DNA from: Anthoceros angustus
Lineage: Eukaryota > Plantae > Anthocerotophyta
Assembly: GCA_010909165.1 (NCBI GenBank)
Contig: VJWM01000103.1
Span: forward strand, 62,001 to 126,000
Length of the DNA: 64,000 nucleotides
Direction: 5' to 3'
The translations under genes were made by a program, and so were the position numbers. Under the pieces are notes generated by a model. That model searched no databases. It was not told the DNA's origin and worked only from the letters and a program-made list of their open reading frames with translations. Of this stretch, positions 14,436 through 26,609 are shown piece by piece. Each line of letters opens with the position of its first letter. Position 1 is the first letter of the stretch.

Positions 14436-14830
14436 GGACCAAAGGGGGCGTGTTATCCCTCTCCGTCTCGGATGGCTTCTCTCTGCCATTCATCAAGAGC
14501 ATGAGGTACAGTTGAATGGGCACGCCGAGGGTTTATTAGCATTGAGAGCACACATTGCTGCATTTTTGTAGGAGCTATTAGATTTGTTTTCCCGTAACGG
14601 CAATTTAGGGACGGTTGACAAGGACTCTTCGTAGTCGGCGATATTAGATATTTGCGCTGGGCATGTATTGTTCCCTGCAGTGCTCTATTACATTACTGTC
14701 CCTGCTAAAATTGGAAAAGATACTATGGCCTTTTTTCTCGCCGCGATTTTGTGGCAGCCATCCACTGTGTCGAATGGAGGTGTTTTTCACAGTTGCGAAC
14801 TGGGCAAGAGTACCCGTGAGGTCTGCGCTC

Positions 14831-14870
14831 GGTTGCACTCGGTTGCACTCGGTTGCACTCGGTTGCACTC
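14831..14870. repeat. (GGTTGCACTC)x4 perfect 10-bp tandem repeat between the convergent DTC and URT1 3' ends
   Basis: Seen directly. Confidence 0.95.
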
Positions 14871-15632
14871 GTTGCTGACACAGGGTCAGGCCGGGTTACA
14901 GAAAGATGTTCCACCGGATAGCTTATATCCAAGGCTCCATGGGCGAATACGGCACAACTGCGTCACAGTCTGGGAAGAAGGATGCATCGGCAAGCTTGCA
15001 AAAAGCTGACCTTAACGCAACTTTTCATATCCACAATGCAACCAAAAGTCTAGCTCCAATCACAGAAAAAGTTTTTAAGTCTGTGTAAAATAGAGGATAG
15101 CCGTACTCTGAAGTCACAACTTGGAATACTCGAGAGTGAACGACAAATTCCCTCTTCAGTTTCCTCGAAAAGGGCAACATATGCGTTCAACAACTACCGT
15201 ATAAGGTTAGACGAATAAACAGAACCCGGTGTCCCGGAGGTACTCATGTCTCGCTTCAGTCATGCCATGCCACCATCGCTTGCTAAAGAAGGCACTTCGG
15301 TGGAGCCACTCCCGAAGCTTACAGTATATACAGCGCACTCCCCTTGTCCCAATTCCAGATGCGTACCTTCTCCAATGAAAACGTCTCCGATCTCCAAAGA
15401 TGGATCTCACACGCAGCTTCAATAGTTGGCAAGAGCTGCAGCAAAATTGGCTTGCCAGCTTCCAATACAACAAAACCCTGTACGAACTCTCTGGGATAAC
15501 GCATGCATGGAGCCAACTGATCCCACAAAGCTGAAAATGACCCACCCATAGGCCACACTCAGGCCGCCTACTAAGATCCGTGACAGTCAAAACATAAAAC
15601 GCCTTGCAATGCGATCCACTGATCGTCACTCT

Positions 15633-18600
15633 TCACGGGCGTATGAAAGGCTCAAACAGAGTAACACACGAATTTGGGTCATGGCGCATGATCTTGGCGG
15701 CGCGATAAAATTCATCTCGCAGCACACGGATGCTGTGCCTATCCACAATTCTTCCGAGATCATGTGTCACCTCAAATGGATCTTCTATGCAGATTAGGTG
15801 GCGCTCATTGCCAACTCTCCTTGTCCAATCTTTTTGATCTTTGCTGCAAAATCACAATGCCGAAGAGGGTGTAAGCCATTGGTCATAGGAAAAATAAACC
15901 ACAGCTTAAAGCAGATCCTGATCAGCAAGCCAAAGTAATGTATCATGTTGTGACAGTGATAGCTGGGGTACTACAATCCAAGAGCTGCCAGCCACCACAA
16001 ATCAGACACCAAGGTAGCAAGAAACAGTCCCATTGTCTAGCAGGCAGCGCACGAGTACCTCAGACAAAAGACAGTTGGTTTGGAGCGAGCTCCATCACAC
16101 AGTGTGCTGGAAAGACACTTTCATGGCAGAGAGATTTCTGACCTCAAAAATGAACCAGTCCTAACAGATATTACTGCACGGTTATAATCATGTCGAAATG
16201 CCCAGTATTCAAAGAAGGCTGTCACTAGTTCACCAAGACTCTCCTTGTTCTGTGAACCAAAGTTTGTCAGAGTTTCGACCTTGTCATAATAAGCACATTC
16301 AACCCTACCAATTTTAACTTTATAAGTGATTGGCATTCCCTGCACACACATATTTACCACTTGTTAGATAGCCCTCCAAAACTGCACCCAAAAAACACCA
16401 AGCCCTGCACTTCTGCACAGTAGGGAAATACCTGCTGAAGACAAGGGAGAATCGCAGGCTTGCGCTGCTGTAGAAAGTGAATACACATTAGAACATACCT
16501 GCAAAAAGTGCACAGGTGGCCCAACGTTGATTACAAATGCCAGCTTTAAAACATGACCTCATGTCCAGAAGCATATAAGAGAGTCCAGCATATGCAAGAG
16601 ATGAGGTAGAGAGGTAGAGACATACGCATAACTTGAAAGAGTGCCGCGATAAGTCTCATTGACTTGCCGGCGCTTTGCCCAATGTTTTACTATGAAAGCG
16701 AGCTGCCGCAGACGGACATCAACCTTTGAATAATCATGAAGTAGCTTGGAGTTCACAACCGCCAACATGTTGTTGACACATATATCACAAGAAATGCCAG
16801 TGACTGAATCAGTGAACTTCACAATTGGTACTCGTGCATGGGTTAGAGCCTGAACATACAGAGTCAGCACACTATATCAGTAGAATGCTATACAAGACAG
16901 TTGTCAGGACACTGAAGAGGCGTACAGCTCCTCTGCATCCCCACTACATCCCAACCAATTTTCTTTCCTACCGCACAAACCACCATCGGCCTCACCTGGA
17001 CACTCTGCATGCTGTGTAGCCTCAGAATGCTTGCCATTCTTGTGACAAGCTCAGCTTTACTAGTCTGCTCATCATTAACTGATAAACAAATGTCAATGTC
17101 ACTGTTGCACACACCAAAAGCATTTGCACATGATCCAAATAGGAAAAGCCGGGCCCCTGGCCACTCTTGTGCAACAATGTTGTCTAGGTGGGACAGGAAT
17201 TTTCGTCTTCTTTTCTCCTCATCTTCTAACGGTATTAGAGAATCATAGATGTTAAGCAACTGAGGGGTAATGTCCTCCATATTAGGGCGGTGTTGCGGGT
17301 CCGCTCTGATAGTTCCCCGCCTTTGATACTGAGATACCTGTTCTCCTTCCTGAGGGACCCCACCAGCCTAACACAGTTAATCTCTAACCGCACTGTTTCA
17401 CACAGACAATCCAACCCTGGAAAACAATAATAGACTGCAGGCATGAAGAAGCATACCTCGCGAGCCTTGAGGAAGGCACTCCCAACTGATAACTGCTTCG
17501 AGCTATCATGTAGTGAGGAGGTTTCTTGCTCGTCCACCATATCCAGATAGCTGAATTCTCGCAATAACTCTTCTTCCTCTTCTTTTCCTAAATAATAGTC
17601 ATTGCCTGTCAACTCTGGGAACAGGAATGAGTAACCATTCTCCCTCCCTCGATCCTCCACCCCATTCAATTGCTGTAGGGACTCCTCCAGTGCAGAGCCT
17701 GGAGTTGAGCCGGATACATTGCTCACAGGTAGGCCAGGGTGGTCAAGCTGTGACGTGAGAGAAGGAGCTTGTGAAGGAGCTGAAGCCCCATTCCCATTCA
17801 CATCCTTCAATGCTCTAGATGGGGACTGCACACCATCGAGCGACTGTGGATCAGAACCATGTCGGAAGGTCTGGATCGACCCATGCGTTGGCTGCTTCAA
17901 CCGCCACTCCTGTTGTTGCCCTCTCCGGCGCTTGAGGTCATCTCTGACCTTCTGTGGGCCCCCTTCCTCAGTCCGTAATCTGTTTTCGTCCTTGCTCACC
18001 TGAAATGGATCTCCAATCCAATGAGTTACCAGAACTCTTACACACTCTTCTACCATAAGAAGTTTGACTTTGACAATGGCATAGATCAACTGCGCTGAAA
18101 GGAAAGGTAGCATACAGACCAACCAGAGACCTACAATTCCATCAAGGAAAAGTGGCCGATACAGGTTCAAACAAGATAATGGTTAATTTTTTGCAACTAC
18201 CTGCAAGTTACCAATCACATACTGGCCCTTATCCAAGCTTTCAATCTGATCCTTAGCTCCTGCAATGGCAAAGTGCACAGCCTCAACTTCTTTCTCCCTC
18301 TGCCTGTCATTCACCACAACCCACTGCCCAGCACTGCTTCTGCCTCCTCTCCGGCCTGCCTCAGCCCGAGCAACAGTGCTGGCTGATCGCCTGCCACCTC
18401 TCGTTATATCTCTAGAAAGCTCACGGCTGCCTTCACTGTCAAACTGCTCTTTATATTGGTTTTCGTGCGCATCAGGAAGGCCTACGCTTGATGGCACGTG
18501 GATTTCCAAGGCTCTGGGATTCTTCAAATATATCCCATCTCGCACTCTCCCATGTGTCAGATGATTGCCCATCACCCGTTGCAGATGTGAGAGACCTGCA

Positions 18601-20147
18601 GGCAACACAGCTACACAAATTCAGAAATTGGATCAAGCACCTCTCATCCACCTTCGTAATTTTCCATTTCTGCAGCCCGAATCCAAGTAAAAAAGAAAAA
18701 TGATGGAAATCGGGGAAAAGGATACAACTGACAGATTCGAGAGTCCTCTGACTCTCTGGGGTACAAATCTTCCTTCATACCTAACAGGTTCAGCCCCTAT
18801 CATACAAATGGTAAAGCAAGAAGAGGGAATAACAGTGATACCTTGCGGAACCTCACGCTCAGCAAAACTGCGTGCTTCCTCTAACCCCATCCATCCGAAA
18901 GCATTTCCATCTTTCAACTCCAAGCTCTCTGGAAGCAGAATACTGGGGAACGGATAGCCCGAAGGCTCAGATTCATGGAGCAGACCAAGGTCCTTGGGGA
19001 GCAGGCTAGCGCCCAAACTTCGCAGATCCCCAGCATGATGCTCCACACCAACTGAGGGGCGCAGATCTCCAGACTGCAACAACATCTCTCTCAGCGCGGA
19101 CCTGTCAAAACTCAGAGCTTCCGGATGCAGAGATCCAGGCGCGGACCCCAGGTCCAGGCCTCCGTTGGAGCAGCTGCTGGAAGTAGACCATGACCGACCC
19201 AGCAAATCGTCTGCAGCCACTTCACTCCTCTTCGGCGGCCCAATAGGGCCATGCATCACAGGCGGAGCCGGCTTTTGACCTGACGGCTTCCCAAGATCTA
19301 CCGTCCGCAGCGCGGGCAAGGAGGAGACGGCGATGTGGGCGCTTCCCGCGCTCCCTAAGAGCAGCTGCAGAAGCTCCGGACCGTTACCGAGAAACTGAGC
19401 CTGGGGCAGCCGTTGGTGCTGCTGCTGCTGCTGCTGCTGCTGCGGCTGCTGCTGCTGGGCTGAGGGTGGTGGAGCTGCCCACGACCTCCCGCCGAGCGGA
19501 TTTCCGGGCTCCGCCACAACCTGCCGCACCTGCTGCGAGGACACCCAAGACGGCTCCGGATTTCTGTGCGGCTCGCTGAGGACGTGCTTCCCTCCATACC
19601 GGGACGAGAAAGATTGTGGCAGCAGCGGCACGGCCGGCTGATGCTGGCGGAAGACCTGCGGCGCCCGCCCCGCGGGGGCTGTCGCCTGCCCCGACCCTGC
19701 GCCATAGAAAGCCGAGTGCTGGAAATTAGACTGCCCAGCAGCAATCCCGTGGTGCGCTTGCTGCTTCAGCAGAGCCGATTGCAGGATATCCTCCGGGGTG
19801 ATGCCCTTCTGCTGCTGCTGCTGCTGCTGCTGCTGATGCTGCTGATGCTGATGCTGCTTGTGCTGGTGGTAAGGGTGGCCGGGCCCGAGCGCCGCCAGCG
19901 CGGGATCAGCCGCCCAGGAAGCAGCAGCCCCACCATCCTCCGCAGCGGAATGCTGCCCCCCGGGATAGCGCCCATCTCCCACGCTCTTCCCGAGTCCGGT
20001 ACTGCCGCCGCCGCCGCCGCCGACGACGACGCCGCCCTGCTGCAGAAGCTGCAGCAAAATTTCTCCGTTGCTTCCCGACTGCGCCGCCGCCGCGTCGGGC
20101 GTGGGCGTCTGCCTCCGGCTGCCGGGAGGCTCGCCGATGACGCCCAG
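15633..20147 (-). CDS. URT1: UTP:RNA uridylyltransferase 1 (Cid1-family TUTase) with long disordered N-terminus; start codon uncertain (CTG at 20147 proposed)
   Basis: [19 protein letters not shown] catalytic motif, [50 protein letters not shown] (includes the UTP-selecting His). N-terminal GEILLQLL and DPALAALGP resemble the conserved URT1 M1/M2 motifs. Confidence 0.92.
19418..19857 (-). repeat. Two coding (CAG)n / poly-Gln(His) tracts in the URT1 disordered region
   Basis: ctg/tgc runs at ~19418-19457 and ~19810-19857. Confidence 0.85.
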
Positions 20148-21499
20148 ATTGCCGGAGTAAGAAATAAAAGGAGGGATGGTTCCTGGGGATGAAAGGGGAG
20201 GAGGGTCATGGATGGTCACATTCCTTCGCCTGCCGTGCCTGGCCTTTCCCACGCCCTCTCACGCCCTGCTCCGCCCCACGCCAAAGATCTGAAACACCCA
20301 CCACCTGCCCCCAACCCTACAACGCCCTGCTCCCCCGCATTCCCACCTCCCGCGCCCAGCTCCCTGCACGCCAGCTCTCTCAACCCATTCTTGCCCGGAA
20401 TTTGCGCCCAGCACAGTCGCCCTCCCCCACTCCGCCCCTGCCACTACTCCGCGCCCAAGCTAAAGGCCCAAACTACAGGCCCCGCTTTCGGCTTCCCCTC
20501 GACCTCTAGCTCCCGCCAGGCAGCAGCAAGATCAAGCCGGGGCCGGGCACACCGCATTGCGAAGCGGCGCCGAGAGCAGACAACAGCAACGGCAGGAGGA
20601 GGCCGGGAGGGGGAAGACGGCGCCGCCGGAGCAGGCGCAGGAGGACGAAGAGGGTGGCAGCCCGCGGGAGCTCCGCCCACCCGCCATCCTAAGCTAGTCG
20701 CAAGAGCCCATGGCGCTCGCCCCCTCGCCTAGCCTCGCCGCTGCTCTCACTACACCTCTGCTTCCTCCTCGCGGCTTCTCCTTGTTCGCTCGCAGTGAGC
20801 CGTGAGCCGTGCGGGACCAGACAGACAAGGCCGCTTGTAAACCCCTGGTCAGCCACATCAGCACCTCGCAGGCCCACACCCCTAAACAACCTGTGTATGG
20901 ACGCTCAAAAATTCCCCATATCTGCGTCATAATCTCGTCCCATAACTACACGTTATCGCCACAATATTCTCCGTAAATGCTATTAAATATTTTACACTTC
21001 ATAATCCCAAACATTAACGTTTTTCTGGCACCATAAGAGTTGTCACTTGTCCTCATTGTCCAAGGGCGCATATGTTTCCAGCTACATATGTACATACAGT
21101 ATAGTGCTAGGTGCAAGACTATCATAAGACTGTCGAAGTCTTCGTCTTAAAACAAGGATGTTGGTTGTCCTTGAGTGACAGCGGTCCGTGTGGGTTGCCC
21201 TTAAATGATAACCGCCGGTGTCCCTCGAGCTATACTCGTCAATGTTCCCTCACGCTGAACACAATTGTCAATGTTCTTCAAGGATATCCGGCAATGTCCC
21301 TCTCAAATGACCATACCACATATTATGTACATATGTACTACACATTCTACGTATGTACATACGTTCCCGACAAATATGTGTCGGAATCTCTTTGTACCAG
21401 GAATATAGAATCTCTTTATTTCGGGAATACAGTATGTTGACCTCGGGGCTCTCCCAACTCTTCTGACTATTCAAAATATGTTCATTTTTAATAATGGGT

Positions 21500-21895
21500 C
21501 GTCATGCCCCAGCATGACCACCTAGTGCTCCAAATGCGCCGGTATACCGGCGCATGACCACCTCAATGTAGCTAATGAGCCTCCATGTCGGTGCATTGTC
21601 ATATTTATGTGGTTCTGCTAACTCTTATGTCTCTCTATATGTGTCCGCTGACTATACTTAATTACGCTCCATGCTTGCATATAGCCGCCGGTGCATCATC
21701 ATCTTAATGCATCTCATGCCGAGCAGCGGCACTTAATACATCAAATGTGCTGACATGCCAGCGCATAACCACGTTAATGCTACAATATGTCGGACTTAGT
21801 CAACTTAAAGCGCCGGTAGACCGGCGCATAGCCACCTTGATGCGCAATGCGCCGGTAGACCGGCGCATTAGCCACCTTGATGCGCCGGCATGATG
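21500..21895. repeat. Degenerate array built around the palindromic unit ATGCGCCGGT-x-ACCGGCGCAT-(G/T)A(G)CCACCT
   Basis: Near-perfect copies at ~21534, ~21810 and ~21847, with decayed copies between. Confidence 0.7.
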
Positions 21896-22859
21896 GTTCA
21901 TTTGGTATAGATAACCTGTTTTATTAGAATATACATTCCAATGAATGAAATAATTTTTTTATTATAATTATTTTATATATGTTATCTTTAATCTATTTTT
22001 TACATATATTTTTCATATTTCTTCGTAGCGCTAGCTTGGAAATGAAGCGTTAGCGTTGACACTTTCTCAATATGTATCATCATTGCGTCACTTTAGCAGC
22101 ACAGTAGAGACATAAGAAGTACCCTAAACACTCAGCAAAGGCATGACATGAGTGCATCAGTAACTTCCTTCTCTCTCTTATAGATTCATCTCTTTCATAG
22201 TTGAATAGAATCTTATCACTTTCGAGAAGGAGAGAGCTTATTGTTAGTTGCACCACGTTGACAACAACTTCCTATTTAACAATCATACAAGTTCAAATGA
22301 CAAAGGCTTCATGGTAAACATTGGACTTTCCGCTATGATCAAGCCATAGCTTGGTTGTTATTTCTCTCCATATGGACTAGGCTAGATATAGCATAAGGTG
22401 TGCATATCGCCTTTCGCTATGTAACACTACTAGAAACATGTGAAGAGAATATTCAAATAGCTTAAGAGACAAAAAGGAACAACCTTCTTCACCGCTATAT
22501 GTATTATTCTGATGTCCATGAGGATGTGACCTAGATGATGGAGAGTGGATTGCAAATTATTCCAGGCTCCTCAAGAAGACAATGGTTTCAGGGGCATTTA
22601 AAAAGTTATCATCTTTGTGCCTCTTGTCCACATAGGTGGGGTGCACAGCAACATCGTTATCCTAAAGAGATTACATGATCACACCAATTTCTTAGTTACC
22701 TCAATGAACAACATGTTGACACAACAATTTTGTTGTGTGACAACCAATTCACTATCACCATGACACTGAATCCAGTTTCCACGTCTGAACAAGGGTCCCC
22801 CCAAATAAAGCGTATAGCAACTACCAGTCTTCTTCGGATTACAGTAAAATACATGCTGG

Positions 22860-23180
22860 GTGGTTTGTCAAGGCCTGTGTGGTTTGTCAAGGCCTGTGCC
22901 AAGGTGTATCACAATCGCACAAATGAGGTTCGTCTTCCCCTTTCTTGTATTATGGCTTTCTTCAGGCAATGGGTGTCCATCGTCTTGCAAAGGGTGTTGG
23001 CAAACGCGATGTACAGGACGGCGATAAGCGCGGCGAGGGGGCAGCTTGTTCTCCGGCCCTGGAGATTTCATGTAAGAAAAAAGAGAGAAAAACTCATCTA
23101 CCCCAAAAGGGGAAAGGGGAACACTTTTCCGTTCAAGTGGACTAAAAAGACTTCGTCTTCTTTATTTACGATATCATAAC
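22860..23180 (+). mobile_element. 5'-truncated fragment of a probable non-LTR retrotransposon of the RLE type (CRE/R2-like C-terminus)
   Basis: Peptide FFRQWVSIVLQRVLANAMYR resembles the RQRxSxxLQRxxAxxI C-terminal motif of these ORFs; 19-bp tandem duplication (22860-22897) at the 5' junction. Confidence 0.45.
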
Positions 23181-23465
23181 ATCGCTAGAACATAGCTCGC
23201 AATGTCCATAGATACGTATCAATCCTTTACTGTTGAATTCTGGACTACCGTATGGGGCCCAAAGCCGGCACCGTTAACCGTGACACGGGACTCTCTTCCT
23301 TTTGCGGTTTGCGGACTCGCAGGCCGCTACTTGCAGCCATGGCCACCATAAAGGTTGAGTAAATTCCCTTTTGAGCTACGATAGGCGGTAGACCGTCAGG
23401 ACACTAGCCACATGAAGACGGAGCAATGTGTAGCTTGCGAGACACTGATGATGAGAGACTCTTCA

Positions 23466-23582
<117 letters not shown>

Positions 23583-23639
23583 CTACACCGCCACTTGCTT
23601 CGCTACGTGGGGTAGGTGCCCGAGGATCTCTTTATGGCG

Positions 23640-23880
23640 CTCCAAGCTGCGTGCGTGAGTCCGTCACGAGACTTTGGTACAAGGACGACATGGACGGGAG
23701 CTTGAGGATTGATGTCCCGGAATGCCAAAATCTGGTCATCTTCTAAGACAAATGTGGACGGAATTTCCCTGGAGACAAATTTTGTCAAATATGGTCACAT
23801 TCCCAGCGGCAGCATCCGGGGCAGCAGCGGCTGCCTCGTCTGCGGTACCTAACCTCCTCGCTCCGCTGGGCCATGAGAAC
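23640..23880 (-). pseudogene. Truncated, frameshifted HINT2-like (histidine triad) pseudogene
   Basis: TIFDKI/(+1 shift)VSREIPSTFVLEDDQILAFRDINPQAPVHVVLVPKSRDGLT; second shift from a cacg duplication; sequence ends before the HxHxH motif. Confidence 0.8.
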
Positions 23881-24171
23881 GGAAAAAGATCTGAACCTGC
23901 CGCCCGAAGACGCAACCCTTACCAATTGCTTGATTGCATCTCACCGGTGTTGATGCCAAAAGCGAGTTGCAGCTGGTGCGCTCCGCAGAGGCGGCAGCCG
24001 AGGCCGAGGCCACGCCTCGTCAATTCTGACTCCTGTTGCGCGGCATTCTCATTTTGTTGGGTTTTTGCCCTCTAAACCCTTGGACGTTGGCCGTTACTAC
24101 AAAACCCCTGGAACCCCATTAAACCCTGGGAGTCGGGCGTGTTGGAAGGGAGATTGCTGTCGGGAGGCGCG

Positions 24172-24986
24172 ATGGCGCTTTTCCGGAGAATGGGGTCAGC
24201 CCTACGGCAGGCCGGAGCTAGGAGCATGCGGCTGGAGGAGGCGGCAATGGGAGAGGCCAATCCTGCCCTGTATCAGCTTGTGAGGGCAATGACGGGAGCC
24301 TCCGGTGGCAACAAGATCTTTGTGGGAGGTTCGGACCGTCTTCTATCTAATTTCCAGCCTGCAGCGTCCGTGTGACCAATGTGCTCATGCCGAGTCAAGG
24401 GGTCGTAATGTGGAAGTTCGGGTGCAGGGTTGGCGTGGGGAGTGACTGAGAATTCCCTTAGGGATGCGTTTCAGTCGTTCGGGGACATCATGGATGGTAA
24501 GGGCAGGCAGACTCTTGTGCTGCTTGTCTCCTTTCTGTCATTCTCTTACTCTTCGGCTTTGGCTGAATCAGTTGCTGGTTTTGTTTGCAGCCGTTGTTAT
24601 CGTAGATCGCGAAACTGGACGGTCGAAAGGGTTTGGTTTTGTTGAATTCACCTCTGACTCGGCTGCAGAGACTGCTGTGGCACAGATGGACGGACAGGTA
24701 CCTTCTAGTATGGCTTAGGCTACCGTGGGGTATGTTGGTTTCTCCCTTCCGTTTATGGTTTCCTTTCTCATGCCGCTGGAAGTGCCTTATTCAGGACTTA
24801 GGTGGCCGAACTATTTCCGTCAAGTATGCTGCCGCAAGAGGAACTGGGCCTATGAGGGGTGGTGGCGGTGGGGGATATGGCGGCGGTGGGGGATATGGTG
24901 GCGGTGGGTACGGTGGTGGCGGCGGTGGATATGGTGGTGGTGGCGGTGGGTATGGTGGTGGTGCAGGGGGATATGGTGATGGGTGA
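24172..24986 (+). CDS. Glycine-rich RNA-binding protein with mitochondrial-type presequence (GR-RBP2/ORRM-like); exons ~24172-24328, 24428-24496, 24591-24697, 24795-24986
   Basis: RNP2 KIFVGGLAW, RNP1 DRETGRSKGFGFVEF, C-terminal GGGGYGG repeats, Arg-rich N-terminus MALFRRMGSALRQ. Confidence 0.92.
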
Positions 24987-26609
24987 GTGCCAGTGCCAAT
25001 TTATATGGTGCGCCTGGTTTCTTCATGGATCGCCTCCAAATCCTCGAAGAAGCGACCTCGGAGCGGGAACGACATTCGGCGAAGGTTGGAACTGGAAGCC
25101 ACGTCTTACTGCTTCGAGTTTGTTTGGCAATATCTGTTGGGTTTCAGTCACCTACATGCCAAATTATCAACAATGAGGAGATGAGAAAGATTTCGGTGGA
25201 TTTCTTATTGGACTGTAAGAGGAGCCGCTTGCTTTCTCATCACCTAGACTTTCAACCCCAACCCATCGAAGAACTACTCGCTTTGTTATTAGATTTTAGG
25301 TGGCTGGACGGTTTCATCCCTGCGACATGAATGGCTAGCTTGCTGGTTTGAGCAACCTCAGCCCTACCACAGTGTCAGAAATGCGAATCCTGTAGCTTTA
25401 GGCTTTTGGGATTATATTTTAACGCTATATCCTAGTTCAAATCTTTCGTACCGCTCCTGCATGACGCAAAGGCCCACCATGTTGCTTCAACTAACGGTTG
25501 CTTCACGTTGCTTCCAAGTCGAGAGAAGTGAAAATGAGGGGGATGAGGTCGAGGGCAACGTGGCCGAGGCAGCCAGTGCCTGCAGAGCAACAGCACCATC
25601 TGGGATGTGATGACACTTGGGCGGTTGAGGAGACGATGCACATATGTACCTCGATACATGTGCGCATGTCTCCATAGTGCACACCCCATGTATGTGGCGA
25701 GCACGCAATGCCTAACGCATTCCACACCTGATGAGCCTGCTTGCGGATGCGGCCATGCAGGTGCCAGGTATATGTGTCACGGTTGCGTCACAAAAGCAAA
25801 GCATGCTGCCTGCGTGGAGAAAGCAGATCTCCCGGCCAGTCTGCTTCCAGGCTCCAGCTCGACCTACAATCGGCTACAGTGGTGTGGATCAAAGGTCCAC
25901 ACCGACTGCAAGCGTCATCACATGAAAACGCAAGAAAGCTGGCCAGGCTCTCCAGGCTCCGCTCCTTTCCGCTTACAGGCCGCTGGCCACACGCTAATAA
26001 AAACATGGTGGCAGAGGAGCACACCAGTCTGCTCGTGAGAGGGAAAGCAGGAGCACTATCTAGTCCGGCCAGTGGCGGGCCTGCAGGCAGTCCCAGTTCC
26101 ACAGCCGGCGCCGCCCCGCTCGCAATCAGTTACCAGTACAAACAATGCAGGCACGCCAAGGAGATCGCACTTTCTCATCCTCTCGTTGGCTTATGTGTGG
26201 GGCCTGGCTCTGGCAGACAGGCCCAGGCCCTGCAGCCAGGGCCTGGCTCCGCTGGGACTGGGACGTCGCGTCGATCAATACGGCCCGCCCCATGTTCCAC
26301 GCTCCCCCGCCCAAGGATTGCGCTCCTCGGCGCGCTCCAATCGCCTAGTAGGGTTGCGCTGTGATCACCAGGAGTCCAGGACTTGCGTTGCAGAAGCAGC
26401 GGCCCGAGGGTATCTTCCGGGTGTGGGCTGCCGGGATAAGGTGAAAATGCCGTCTCTGTGGCTTGTGCTCTTTGCGTTTCATTCGTATCAATGGATCCAA
26501 GAGATTCTCACTGGAGAGAATCCAGGCTTGGAAACAGTCTACATAGTATAGTACAAGACGCCGGGCGAGCCTCGTTCCCCAGACACCGTTAAAAGCATTG
26601 GGTGGGATT

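Noticed and set aside
25630-25673. ~19-bp imperfect hairpin as a miRNA precursor
   Set aside because: Stem is too short and does not extend; no known mature sequence recognised.
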